IMG/VR virus record: IMGVR_UViG_3300020044_004496
Location: 1-59,625 of that record
Direction: 5' to 3' (one strand)
DNA length: 59,625 nucleotides
DNA from: a virus
Lineage: Duplodnaviria; Caudoviricetes
In this document: positions 1-8,535 of the stretch, piece after piece
Layout of the letters: each line of letters starts with the position of its first letter
Numbering within the stretch: position 1 is the stretch's first letter
Notes under the pieces: model-generated
The model's input: only the letters and a program-made list of their open reading frames with translations
Databases searched by the model: none
What the model was told of the DNA's origin: nothing
Made by a program: the position numbers and the translations under genes

Positions 1-1
1 A

Positions 2-232
2 AAGGCGCTATATGCGGCACTACGCGCAGTAGATCCCGACTGGATCGCGATATGGTGGCATGTCGATGATGTTATTGCCAGAGACGGAGACGAAGACTCC
101 GACCTTACGCCTGACGAATGTCGCAAAGTACTGGAATTTGCCGATGATGCCCATGATGCGGAGGAGGGCATCAACTGGTCGGTGTTGGGGTATTGGATTG
201 ATGAAATTAAATCAGAGCGCAATGCCGAATGA
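2..232 (+). CDS. 5'-truncated acidic hypothetical phage protein (..IAIWWHVDDV..LTPDECRKVL..HDAEEGINW..)
   Basis: Open frame 2 from the window edge to TGA 230-232; not in the ORF track; translated by hand. Confidence 0.6.
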   Translation, partial: KALYAALRAVDPDWIAIWWHVDDVIARDGDEDSDLTPDECRKVLEFADDAHDAEEGINWSVLGYWIDEIKSERNAE

Positions 233-324
233 CGGAGCGCAAACGCGAGGCTGCCCCTTCTGCGTTGGCTTGGTTCGCAATTCTGTTTTGGTTGGGGCTG
301 ATTTTTCTTTTTCTTTTTTTGTGA
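229..324 (+). CDS. Small membrane peptide (31 aa)
   Basis: ATGA overlap with the previous stop; hydrophobic WFAILFWLGLIFLFLFL explains the T-rich tract. Confidence 0.4.
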   Translation: MTERKREAAPSALAWFAILFWLGLIFLFLFL

Positions 325-333
325 GGTGATTAC

Positions 334-498
334 ATGACCCAGGTCGAAGCACTAACCGCCGCCCTGCTATTGGCAATAGCCGCGCCAACTTCGGAGCAGT
401 CAAATCGCAACTTAGATTTAGCCGAGGAATTGGTGGATGGCTTAACGCCTCAGCAGATCGAGGATTGCAAATATGCAGCGATAGCCTTATGGATATAA
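334..498 (+). CDS. Hypothetical protein (54 aa, MTQVEALTAALLLAIAAP..)
   Basis: GAGGTG RBS before ATG 334; hand-translated. Confidence 0.6.
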   Translation: MTQVEALTAALLLAIAAPTSEQSNRNLDLAEELVDGLTPQQIEDCKYAAIALWI

Positions 499-587
499 GG
501 GAGCGGATTGTTTTGTTCGCGCTGGCGCTGTTCGGTGCCAGCATTTTTTATGTGTTTGTCCTACTTATTTTTTCCTTGGACTTATAG
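489..587 (+). CDS. Small membrane peptide (32 aa)
   Basis: Single hydrophobic stretch; fills the gap between flanking ORFs. Confidence 0.35.
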   Translation: MDIRERIVLFALALFGASIFYVFVLLIFSLDL

Positions 588-596
588 GAGTTATCC

Positions 597-767
597 ATGA
601 ACACTACTTACTGGTTTGCGCGGGGTTATTACGACGGCAGAGACAAGGGCGTTTCTGACGATGCTCTGCAAGAATTGATCGAGGATGATGTTTGGCACTT
701 TTACAAAAACGGATACGACTGTGGCGTGTCTGACTATTGCATCCATGACCTTCACGAAGAGGCATGA
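597..767 (+). CDS. Hypothetical protein (56 aa, MNTTYWFARGYYDG..)
   Basis: AGGAG RBS; hand-translated. Confidence 0.6.
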   Translation: MNTTYWFARGYYDGRDKGVSDDALQELIEDDVWHFYKNGYDCGVSDYCIHDLHEEA

Positions 768-768
768 A

Positions 769-924
769 ATGAAAACTTACACGGGCATGGTAACCGCCAC
801 CTATTGGCAAATGGTGACGGTGGAGGCGGAGAACGCGGACGAGGCAGAGGAGAAGATGCAGGAGGAATTCTCTATCGTGTCAGCGCATGGCGAAATGGAA
901 GTCACAGGCATAAGTGAGGCATGA
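769..924 (+). CDS. Small acidic hypothetical protein (V.VEAENADEAEEK)
   Basis: GAGG RBS; internal ATG of track ORF 685..924. Confidence 0.6.
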   Translation: MKTYTGMVTATYWQMVTVEAENADEAEEKMQEEFSIVSAHGEMEVTGISEA

Positions 925-925
925 A

Positions 926-1279
926 ATGAAACCCGAAGACTTAGTAATTCAAATTCGCAACCCTCATTTTAGTGAGCGCGAAACTATTGACGAAGCTTTC
1001 GATTATTTGTGTGAAGTGGCGCGGCATGTAAATAACGCAGATGCTGCTGCGATGGTAGCCGCTACGGGCGTGCTGCTTAATACGATTGCCAACGAGATCG
1101 ACAAACTGGAGACGAGTGAGATGAACAACTGGAGATTGTCATTCGCAGGGCAGACGCTGTGGTTCGCCACGGAGCGCAAAGCGCTGGACTTTGTGAACAC
1201 ACAACTGACAGACGACACCGACTGGGAGATCACCGAGGGGCGGATGGTCGTGGGCGATGAAGAAAAAGGGGGTGAATGA
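926..1279 (+). CDS. Hypothetical protein
   Basis: GAGG RBS, ATG 926. Confidence 0.6.
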   Translation: MKPEDLVIQIRNPHFSERETIDEAFDYLCEVARHVNNADAAAMVAATGVLLNTIANEIDKLETSEMNNWRLSFAGQTLWFATERKALDFVNTQLTDDTDWEITEGRMVVGDEEKGGE

Positions 1280-1485
1280 TGAAGAGAAGTGGAGATACCG
1301 GAGCGGCTGAAATGAGATACCGCGTCGAAGCAATACCCAGGCGCCTAGGCTTTGATCGATCCTTTGCCACACGCATGGGTGCCGAGGCTTACTGTGCTGC
1401 CCTGTTCTACAACCACAAGATAGGCACGAAGATCATCGATACCAAGAAGCCCAAACAACCCGAGCCGGAAGCTGCACCATTCTAA
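1276..1485 (+). CDS. Hypothetical protein
   Basis: ATGA overlap with the upstream gene. Confidence 0.55.
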   Translation: MMKRSGDTGAAEMRYRVEAIPRRLGFDRSFATRMGAEAYCAALFYNHKIGTKIIDTKKPKQPEPEAAPF

Positions 1486-1495
1486 GGAGCATGAC

Positions 1496-1696
1496 ATGAC
1501 ACCATTAGATAAAAAACTTGGCGAAGCATTGGCAAACGAGGAGATATCCGAAGTTGTGCCAACGCTTATAGGGTATGCCGCTGGCGTTGCTTTATTGTCA
1601 GGCATGGATCAATCTAAATTTCAATACATCGCACGGGAAATTATTGCGTCGGTGTATGCCGGCGGAATTGTTCCGCCAAAAGACAAAAGGAACTGA
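1496..1696 (+). CDS. Hypothetical protein
   Basis: AAGGAG RBS. Confidence 0.6.
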   Translation: MTPLDKKLGEALANEEISEVVPTLIGYAAGVALLSGMDQSKFQYIAREIIASVYAGGIVPPKDKRN

Positions 1697-1697
1697 C

Positions 1698-1997
1698 ATG
1701 CAATTAAAAGAATGCGGCGGCAGGGTGCCGCTGCGCAATACACGCGATGACATCCCCTATCTGTTGGTTGATTTTCCAACGCAAAAGGAATTCAATGATC
1801 TGTGGGGCAAGCGGGTATCGGCGGAAAATAAACGCCGATATTGGATTCTGCTAAACAAGCGAGCAGAGGGTTCGACTTTGATAGCAGCCGGACGCCTCTG
1901 CGGCATTACGAGGGAACGAGTGCGTCAAATCGAAGCAAAGTTCCTGCGCCTGATGACTAAGCGCTGGCAAACATCACTTGCTTCAAAGACTGACTAG
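1698..1997 (+). CDS. Sigma-70 region-4-like HTH protein
   Basis: TLIAAGRLCGITRERVRQIEAKFLR matches the sigma-70 4.2 HTH pattern; AAGGA RBS. Confidence 0.75.
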   Translation: MQLKECGGRVPLRNTRDDIPYLLVDFPTQKEFNDLWGKRVSAENKRRYWILLNKRAEGSTLIAAGRLCGITRERVRQIEAKFLRLMTKRWQTSLASKTD

Positions 1998-2775
1998 CTT
2001 TAAAGAGGCCGACTCGAACATGAAAGTCATTAAAGTCTTCCCCGACTGTGTCGGACAGCCAGTATGGCTTACCTGTAGCCCGAGCGGCCTCTTCCCCGGT
2101 GCGACTGAGGTCGTTATCTGCGATGACGATCCCGCCCTGGATGCCATTCGCTATGAGTTGCATGTTCGATGCACTAAAGCAGACATGAATCGTATAGCGA
2201 ACCTTCATTGCTTTCATGACGGTGCGGATGCTCAGCCCAGTAGCATATCCTTCGCAAAAAATCGGCAGACCTTTTGCATCAATCACAAAGGTTGCCCCTT
2301 TGCTGCGCTGACCATAGAGAAACTTCTTTTCCCCTTGGTCATTGATGAGCTGGCACCCGACCAGCCTCCCATCGATCCGCATAGGGACAACTAGCAGCTG
2401 CTTCCCGTTGTCATCCCAAACATTGCCGGATTCATCCTTAAAGCCTTTGCGATCAAGGTAGGGATGCGGCGCCAAGTATGTTTGGTGCATGATCCAACCG
2501 GCTTTTGTTGCAGCCTTTTGCTGCGCCTCCATGCGGTCACGATCCGCCGCCTGTCGCATCCTTTGGTTGTTGATGCTGGGCACCCGGACATCCGACTTCC
2601 ACATGCTAGGGGCGTCCATAGTTGCCCAGTTCTGCACCCAACCAACATCCCCGAGGAATTTGTAGCGTCCGTTTCTTTTGTGCGGATGGTCTTCTGTGGG
2701 CGTGGCAACCCAGCGATTTGGAATCAAGCCGCGCATGATTAGCCCATGAGCCCGAGCGAAGTCTTCAAAAGTCAT
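1957..2775 (-). CDS. TOPRIM-domain DNA primase
   Basis: HPYL..KG, LVVPM, FCEGYATGLS, IIADND, DFND motifs. Confidence 0.88.
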   Translation of the reverse strand: MTFEDFARAHGLIMRGLIPNRWVATPTEDHPHKRNGRYKFLGDVGWVQNWATMDAPSMWKSDVRVPSINNQRMRQAADRDRMEAQQKAATKAGWIMHQTYLAPHPYLDRKGFKDESGNVWDDNGKQLLVVPMRIDGRLVGCQLINDQGEKKFLYGQRSKGATFVIDAKGLPIFCEGYATGLSIRTVMKAMKVRYTIHVCFSASNMQLIANGIQGGIVIADNDLSRTGEEAARATGKPYWLSDTVGEDFNDFHVRVGLFKASQSLKQVMFASA

Positions 2776-4265
2776 CGCAGCACCCCGGATGCTTTGCGCT
2801 TAGCCTTTGCCCACGCGATATTGCGGCTCTTGATCCAGCCGGCAGTCACAGCGCTGGTGGTTACGGGGTGCTCAATCAATCCTCGAGGCCACATGCCAAA
2901 CTTCTCCCGGTATTTGTGTGCCGCCCACTTTGGGTTGTAGTTTCTGCTGGTTGCCCAGAAGAGAAGCTCAGAATAAAACTGCTGCCGATCCACTTGCTTT
3001 GCATTGCTGCCGGAGGTCAGCTCTTGCAGCTCGCCGGCAACAGCCTCGATGGCGCTGCGCTTTTGCCGGACATAGCCGCACGATGGGCATGAGTCAGACC
3101 CTTTCGGCCATAGGTGCCCGCATGCGGGGCACTTGGATTCCTTTTTGTCCTTCTCTGAGGGCTCTTTCTTGGCCTTCTCCTGCTTGTTGTCCAGGTCTTC
3201 AACGCCTACGGTATAGAGCTCGTCCCAGTCATCGCGGAAACGCAGATAATTGCCGCTGTGGTCAAGCCATAAGGCGTATTCCTTGCCTTCATGGGCTCGC
3301 ATGATGCGCCCCATCTGCTGGACATGGCTGGAGAACGACTTGCTGAACGGGCGGGCTGATACGCCGATCATTACATCGGAAACATCGAAGCCACGGGTCA
3401 GGATGTCCGTTGCTATCAGGCCATGTATTTGTGTGTCCGGCTTGGCAAAGTCTTCGATGGCTTCTTTTTTGAACTCGTCATTGTCCTTGTAGCTGATCGA
3501 GACAAAGTTGTAACCCTTCTCGGCAAACTGTTGGACTAGATCAGCACCATGAGCAACGCCCGCGCAGAACACGATGGTCTTGCGGGGTCTGCCGTATATC
3601 TCATGGGTCTTTTTGATCCACTCCTCGACAATGTCACCGGTAATCTGCATGCCGCGCTGAGTCACAACATCCTGCGACCACTCGCCCGCCACCTTTTTGG
3701 CGCCCGACATATCGATCTCTTTTGCAATGTAGACCCGCAGCGGCGTGAGCCAGCGGTTATCCACCAACCAGCCATTGGTTGAGCCGCACACGACGCGCTG
3801 ATACAGCTCGCCCAGCCCTTTTGTGAAAGGCGTGGCGGTCAAGCCTATAACTCTGATATCGGGGTTGTTGCGGATGAAGTCGGAGGTTTGTTTGCGTGCG
3901 ATGTGGCACTCGTCCACGATCAGCAAATCCACCTTGGGAAAGTCTTCCCTAGCCTCCAGCGTCTGCGCCGAACAAACTTGCAGCCGTGCGCCAGGGTTGT
4001 ATTTCCAATGCCCTGATTGGTAGACGCCGTGATCCAGGCCGTACTTGGACAAGCGCAGGCTGGTTTGATCTACCAGTACCAGCCTGTCGAGTACGATTGC
4101 CGCCCTCTTGTGGTTCTCAGATGTGGCTTTCATGAGATAGATCGCCACCTCTGTCTTACCAAATCCAGTCGGCGCGTACAGCAGTTGCGACCGATGGCCT
4201 TTTTTGAATCCCTCCCGAAGGTCATCAATGACCTTCATCTGATGCTCGCGCAATACCAGTTCCAT
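2772..4265 (-). CDS. Superfamily 2 DNA helicase with C-terminal Zn ribbon
   Basis: APTGFGKT, DECH, TATP, TRGFD, QQMGRIMR; CPACG..CPSCG. Confidence 0.93.
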   Translation of the reverse strand: MELVLREHQMKVIDDLREGFKKGHRSQLLYAPTGFGKTEVAIYLMKATSENHKRAAIVLDRLVLVDQTSLRLSKYGLDHGVYQSGHWKYNPGARLQVCSAQTLEAREDFPKVDLLIVDECHIARKQTSDFIRNNPDIRVIGLTATPFTKGLGELYQRVVCGSTNGWLVDNRWLTPLRVYIAKEIDMSGAKKVAGEWSQDVVTQRGMQITGDIVEEWIKKTHEIYGRPRKTIVFCAGVAHGADLVQQFAEKGYNFVSISYKDNDEFKKEAIEDFAKPDTQIHGLIATDILTRGFDVSDVMIGVSARPFSKSFSSHVQQMGRIMRAHEGKEYALWLDHSGNYLRFRDDWDELYTVGVEDLDNKQEKAKKEPSEKDKKESKCPACGHLWPKGSDSCPSCGYVRQKRSAIEAVAGELQELTSGSNAKQVDRQQFYSELLFWATSRNYNPKWAAHKYREKFGMWPRGLIEHPVTTSAVTAGWIKSRNIAWAKAKRKASGVLR

Positions 4266-4315
4266 ACCTGCTCCTTAGATGCCGGGATCCGCCCGGTGTC
4301 GGCTGGGCTTGCGCC

Positions 4316-5167
4316 CTACTTCTGTTCGTACTTTTTCAGCTTTGCCTTCAGTGAATTGATGGTGCGAATCATCTCTGCGTTGCGAGTCTGGAACATGTCC
4401 CGGCTCTCGCGCAGCGCTTTGTTGTCGATCTCAAGAACGCGAATCTGTTCGCGCAAATCCTTCACCACTTCCTCGATGTCGATCTTCTCAATGTCTGAGG
4501 CATCCCATTGACCGATGGCGATGCGATCCTTCAGCACCTGTATTTCGCCCGCCATAGACAGGATCGTGTCGGTTAGCTCGTCCATCTGCTCGGTGGCCGG
4601 ATCAACCTCCGGCTCAGCCTCAGCTTCCGGCTCAGGCCTGGGCTCTGCTTTCTTGCGACCAAGGTTTTTGGTTTCGATCTGCGATTCTTTGCCGTGCTTG
4701 TTGGTGTAGGTCTTCTTGGTTGGCTCGCCCTCGGCCGGCGCCAAGGCCTGCTTCACGCGCCCCACCGTCATCTTGGATACGCCCACATGACGGGCGATCT
4801 CGGCGTTAGTCCACTTGCCCCAAGTCTCGTGCTTGAGCATCTTCAGGATGATGTTTCGACTGTCCTCTGAGGACAGGCTCAATCCACGCCGGCTGTTGGC
4901 GCCATAGGCGAACAGCTGCGCATCCTCCAGCGTGCCGGTCTTGACATCGGCCTCGATGTCTTCTTGCCCGTTGCCCTTGGTGGCAAAGTACCGGTGGAAT
5001 CCGTCGGCCAACCAGTAGTCTGACCCGTCATGAAAGACCGTGATGGGCGGGAACTGATCACCATCACGCATATGCTCGGCGTATTGCTCGACAACAGACT
5101 GGTCGAGCGCCATACGCGCCTGTGTCTCTCCGTCAGTCCTGATGGACGACAGCTTGATGGTTTTCAT
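4316..5167 (-). CDS. ParB/Srx-like N-terminal domain protein with HTH and coiled coil
   Basis: FPPITVF..LADGFHRY; TNAEIARHVGVSKMTVGRVK HTH; GCTAGGAG RBS. Confidence 0.8.
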   Translation of the reverse strand: MKTIKLSSIRTDGETQARMALDQSVVEQYAEHMRDGDQFPPITVFHDGSDYWLADGFHRYFATKGNGQEDIEADVKTGTLEDAQLFAYGANSRRGLSLSSEDSRNIILKMLKHETWGKWTNAEIARHVGVSKMTVGRVKQALAPAEGEPTKKTYTNKHGKESQIETKNLGRKKAEPRPEPEAEAEPEVDPATEQMDELTDTILSMAGEIQVLKDRIAIGQWDASDIEKIDIEEVVKDLREQIRVLEIDNKALRESRDMFQTRNAEMIRTINSLKAKLKKYEQK

Positions 5168-5208
5168 TTTTGTTCTCCTAGCGTGGTTAAAAACGGCATC
5201 CTAGCACC

Positions 5209-5221
5209 TGTTACCGTAACA
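5209..5221. promoter_or_regulatory. 13-bp palindrome TGTTAC-C-GTAACA upstream of the ParB-like gene (candidate operator)
   Basis: Perfect inverted hexamers; same TGTTAC/GTAACA hexamer as in the 23-bp palindrome. Confidence 0.35.
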
Positions 5222-5276
5222 TGCAACACATGACATGCGCTGTATGTCACCTCATGACATTATTGCCAACAGTCGC

Positions 5277-5647
5277 CAAGGGGTGGAAAGTAGCCCACAC
5301 CTGACCCAGCAGCCCCACTACAGGGAGCGCCCAGTCGCCCATGGCGGCAACGATTCATTCATCAGGAGCCTTGATTCCACCCTTGTACTCCTGACTACTC
5401 CAGTCCCTCGTTGACAGGCTGGAACCACAGCCGGGGGTGTAGCGGCGTGGTGTCTTTTCTTCCGAGCCACCGAGTCAGGTGCACTGCTAACGGGCGGAGT
5501 CCGACCCATGAAAAAACCCCGACGGCTGGGCTTCGAGCTGCGGTGGAAGGGAGTAGACAAGCAGAACTCTCGACAACCGAAGCCCATGCGTCGGGGCTTT
5601 TCTCTTGTCTACTCGCGCTTCCAACGCGGCCCGTCTTTTTCACGGAC
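5277..5647 (-). ncRNA. Structured leader RNA of the replication operon (attenuator/antisense-type)
   Basis: Inverted-repeat pairs 5513-5535/5578-5601, 5537-5561/5604-5630 and 5277-5288/5375-5385; U6 tract after 5517 on the - strand; no credible ORF. Confidence 0.55.
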
Positions 5648-5653
5648 ACTGGC

Positions 5654-5682
5654 AGACTACACAAAAACCAGACCCGAGTCAA
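5654..5682 (-). promoter_or_regulatory. Leftward sigma-70-type promoter
   Basis: TTGACT-17 nt-TAGTCT on the - strand. Confidence 0.6.
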
Positions 5683-5696
5683 CTTCTTTTCATCGG

Positions 5697-5722
5697 GTCA
5701 GTGTAACAGTGTTACACTGAGA
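5697..5722. repeat. 26-bp site containing the perfect 23-bp palindrome TCAGTGTAACA-G-TGTTACACTGA, copy 1
   Basis: Identical to 18327-18352; lies between the divergent promoters. Confidence 0.9.
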
Positions 5723-5755
5723 ATGCACCACATGACAATAGATGGGTACAACCTG

Positions 5756-5784
5756 TTGACAGCAGATTTAATCTGTGCCATGAT
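5756..5784 (+). promoter_or_regulatory. Rightward sigma-70-type promoter with palindromic spacer
   Basis: TTGACA-17 nt-CATGAT with extended TGn; spacer holds the palindrome CAGATT-T-AATCTG (5763-5775). Confidence 0.65.
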
Positions 5785-5813
5785 GGCTTCTCATCAACTG
5801 CTAGGAGTGAAAA

Positions 5814-5984
5814 ATGATAGACGCGCCTGTGACTTGGTTGGATGCCGCAGCCCTGTCCCTTGCTAACGGCATGCTCTCTCACGAACAGAACGGCCAGATC
5901 AGCAAATATGACCTGGCTCGCTGGTCGTACGACATGGCAGAAGCCATGCTGTATGAGAAGCTCAAGCGGGAGCAAGGCGAGTGA
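5814..5984 (+). CDS. First gene of the rightward operon, 56-aa hypothetical (..ARWSYDMAEAML..)
   Basis: CTAGGAG RBS, GTGA overlap with the nuclease gene; not in the ORF track; motif resembles 17345..17608. Confidence 0.7.
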   Translation: MIDAPVTWLDAAALSLANGMLSHEQNGQISKYDLARWSYDMAEAMLYEKLKREQGE

Positions 5985-6859
5985 AGCTGACCAACAAGTA
6001 CAACATCCCGCAGACCTTCGTCAATGTCTTGCAGCGCCCGACCTACAGCAAAGGCAAGGCGCACCTGTCTGTGACCCAGCTGATCAACAGCCCGAAGATC
6101 GTGGCGCTGACCAGCCTGTTCGCGGACGAGCTGGAGCAGGATGTCTCGGAGATGGTCTGGTCGATCTTTGGCTCGGCTGTCCACGGCGTGTTGGAGCACG
6201 GCAAAGACGCCAACCACAAGATCGAGGAGCGGCTTCATGCTGAGATCGATGGCTGGCATATCAGCGGCGCCATCGACCTGCAAATCGTGGGCGAGCACGG
6301 GATTGCCATCCGCGACTACAAGACCACCTCGGCGTGGGCTGTAATGAACGAGAAGATCGAGTGGGAGCAGCAGCTCAACATCTACGCCTGGCTGGTCGAG
6401 AAGGTAAAGCTGACGCCGGTCACCGACATAGGAATTGTGGCCATCATCCGCGACTGGAACCGGCGGGATGCCGGCAACCGCGAAGGCTACCCCGAGGCGC
6501 CCATCAAGGAATTGCCGATCAAGCTGTGGCCGTTTAACGAGCGCGAGCGGTTTGTTTCGGAGCGCATCTCCAAGCATTCAGCCTGTGAGTTTGCCATCGA
6601 AACTGACCAAGCTTTGCCGCCTTGCACCCCCGAGGAAATGTGGGAAAAGCCCACGACTTGGGCTGTCAAGAAGACCGGCGGCGTCCGCGCTAAGTCTGTA
6701 CATCAAACGCAACAGGAGGCTGTTGATGCCCTAGAGAAAGCGGGCAAAGGTTACGAAATGGAAGTACGTCCAGGTGAGCGCACCCGCTGCGCAAACTTTT
6801 GTCAGGTCAACCACCGCTGCGCTCAGTGGCGGGATTATCAAGAGAAGGAATCAGCATGA
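5981..6859 (+). CDS. PD-(D/E)XK exonuclease (RecB/Cas4-like recombination nuclease)
   Basis: GSAVH..LE, ISGAIDL, IRDYKTT, QLNIY, C-terminal C..FC....C. Confidence 0.85.
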   Translation: MKLTNKYNIPQTFVNVLQRPTYSKGKAHLSVTQLINSPKIVALTSLFADELEQDVSEMVWSIFGSAVHGVLEHGKDANHKIEERLHAEIDGWHISGAIDLQIVGEHGIAIRDYKTTSAWAVMNEKIEWEQQLNIYAWLVEKVKLTPVTDIGIVAIIRDWNRRDAGNREGYPEAPIKELPIKLWPFNERERFVSERISKHSACEFAIETDQALPPCTPEEMWEKPTTWAVKKTGGVRAKSVHQTQQEAVDALEKAGKGYEMEVRPGERTRCANFCQVNHRCAQWRDYQEKESA

Positions 6860-7548
6860 TTCAGGTTTATGCAAAGCTTCAAAAGGCACGGCTAATGCTT
6901 CAGGCCATGCCGCTTTCCAAGTCCGGCAAGAACAAATTCGCAGGATACGACTACTTTGAATTGTCGGATTTCATGCCCGCCATTCAAGAGATTTGCGGCA
7001 AAGTTGGTCTGTGCGGGATGGTCAGCTACACCCACGACAACGCCTATCTGGTCATCCAAGACACCGAGGCTGAAGGCCAGATCACCTTCACTTCCCCGAT
7101 GTCTACGGCTGCCTTGAAGGGCTGCCACGAGGTTCAGAATTTGGGCGCTGTACAGAGTTACCTTCGTCGGTACCTGTGGAGTACCGCCTTTGAGCTGGTT
7201 GAGCACGACGCCCTCGATGCCACCACCGGATCTGATGCTGGGAAGCCTGAGCCCAAGCCAAAGGTCGAACCAAAATCTGAGCCCAAGCCGCCGGCCAAAG
7301 TGGAAGGCAAGGCCGGAGACTGGCAGATCGTCGCATCTCTGAAGCCCGAGGGCGATCCGCAAGAATGGCTGAACGCCGTTGGCGCGGCTAGTGCTATGGC
7401 ACTGGAGATGGCAACGAAAGAAGACGATGTCATGCAGATCTTCAAGAAGAACAAGCAGCTGTTCGACGCCGTCAAGGCGCAGGACGCTGACTACTTCAAA
7501 GACCTGATGGCTCTGTTCACGGCAGCTAAAAATAAATTCGCGGAGTAA
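6856..7548 (+). CDS. erf: ERF-family ssDNA annealing protein
   Basis: KSGKNKF.GYDYFELSD, QNLGAVQSYLRRYL..D.D; sits next to the exonuclease. Confidence 0.85.
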   Translation: MIQVYAKLQKARLMLQAMPLSKSGKNKFAGYDYFELSDFMPAIQEICGKVGLCGMVSYTHDNAYLVIQDTEAEGQITFTSPMSTAALKGCHEVQNLGAVQSYLRRYLWSTAFELVEHDALDATTGSDAGKPEPKPKVEPKSEPKPPAKVEGKAGDWQIVASLKPEGDPQEWLNAVGAASAMALEMATKEDDVMQIFKKNKQLFDAVKAQDADYFKDLMALFTAAKNKFAE

Positions 7549-7550
7549 GC

Positions 7551-7835
7551 ATGGCATTCATACCAAAACCAAATACCGGAACCCTGTGGCCGAACAAGTT
7601 CAAGAGTTCAGCCAGCCATCCGGACAAGAAGGGCGACCTCGTTCTGAGTCGCAGCTTCTTGAAGGACATGATGAGCAAGTCTGATGACGACCTGATCAAG
7701 ATCTCGATTGCTGGGTGGGAGAAGGACATCAACGGCCAAGACTGTTTGTCCATCTCCGCCTCTGAACCGTACGTCAAGAAGGAAGAGTCCAAGCCGGCCA
7801 AGCAGGAAGAGCCGGACGAGGACGTGCCTTTCTGA
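7551..7835 (+). CDS. Probable ssDNA-binding protein
   Basis: G.LW.NK....HPD..G pattern, acidic DEDVPF tail, recombination-module context. Confidence 0.65.
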   Translation: MAFIPKPNTGTLWPNKFKSSASHPDKKGDLVLSRSFLKDMMSKSDDDLIKISIAGWEKDINGQDCLSISASEPYVKKEESKPAKQEEPDEDVPF

Positions 7836-8257
7836 TGAAGACCATGCAATTTGAAGCGCTGAAGGTTGCGCTTAAACAAGACAAGACCGGCTATGTGCTG
7901 ACCTTGTGCATGCACCCCGATGAAATCCCAATGGATCTTCTGCGGGATTTTGTTGGGGCGCGGTACCAGGTTGTCATGGTTCGGATTGATGGCCACGAGC
8001 GGCCAATGGATCGCAAGGATGAGTTTGACGGAGAGCGGTACGTCAAGATCGCAGGGATCATTTGCCGTGAGCCCAAGTTCTGGAAGTACCTGCAAGATGA
8101 CAACCAAATCCTGACCGCTACTGAGAAAGAGGCTACAGAATGGTTGCGCGAATACCTTGGCATACAGTCACGCGCCGAGTTGAAAGACAACCAAGAAGCC
8201 AGAGCTCGACTGGATTCAATTAACAAGGAGTACAACGCATGGAAAGAACAAACTTAG
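7835..8257 (+). CDS. Conserved-looking hypothetical phage protein
   Basis: TGATG overlap; LGIQSRAEL motif. Confidence 0.7.
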   Translation: MKTMQFEALKVALKQDKTGYVLTLCMHPDEIPMDLLRDFVGARYQVVMVRIDGHERPMDRKDEFDGERYVKIAGIICREPKFWKYLQDDNQILTATEKEATEWLREYLGIQSRAELKDNQEARARLDSINKEYNAWKEQT

Positions 8258-8520
8258 TTCCGTATTCCGTGTACCTGCCAGTCGAGTATCACAAGCGACT
8301 GCGGGTGCTGGCCAAGGAACGAAAGGCATCAAGCTTGGTGCGCGACGCCGTGCTGATGCTGTTGGACGGCGGCGATGTCTACAAGAGCGGCTATAACAAA
8401 GGCGTCAAAGATGCTGCCCAAGTTGTGTATGACTGCAAGGAGGCGCAAATGGTTGCGGTGAATCGCCGTGACCTTGGCTCCATCCTAACGGAGCGCATTG
8501 CATTGCTAGAGTTGAAATAA
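8239..8520 (+). CDS. Putative ribbon-helix-helix DNA-binding protein
   Basis: YSVYLPVEYHKRLRVLAKERKASSLVRDAV fits an RHH pattern; AAGGAG RBS. Confidence 0.55.
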   Translation: MERTNLVPYSVYLPVEYHKRLRVLAKERKASSLVRDAVLMLLDGGDVYKSGYNKGVKDAAQVVYDCKEAQMVAVNRRDLGSILTERIALLELK

Positions 8521-8535
8521 ACAAGGAGAAGCAAA

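Noticed and set aside
300-321. T-rich tract as a terminator
   Set aside because: No preceding GC hairpin; explained by Phe/Leu codons of a small membrane ORF
5318-5975. Track ORFs 5318..5587, 5395..5682, 5411..5866, 5508..5720, 5712..5975
   Set aside because: No RBS or protein-like composition; they overlap promoters and RNA structures
5981-6859. Cas4 as evidence of a CRISPR system
   Set aside because: Context (ERF, SSB) indicates a phage recombination exonuclease; no array or other cas genes
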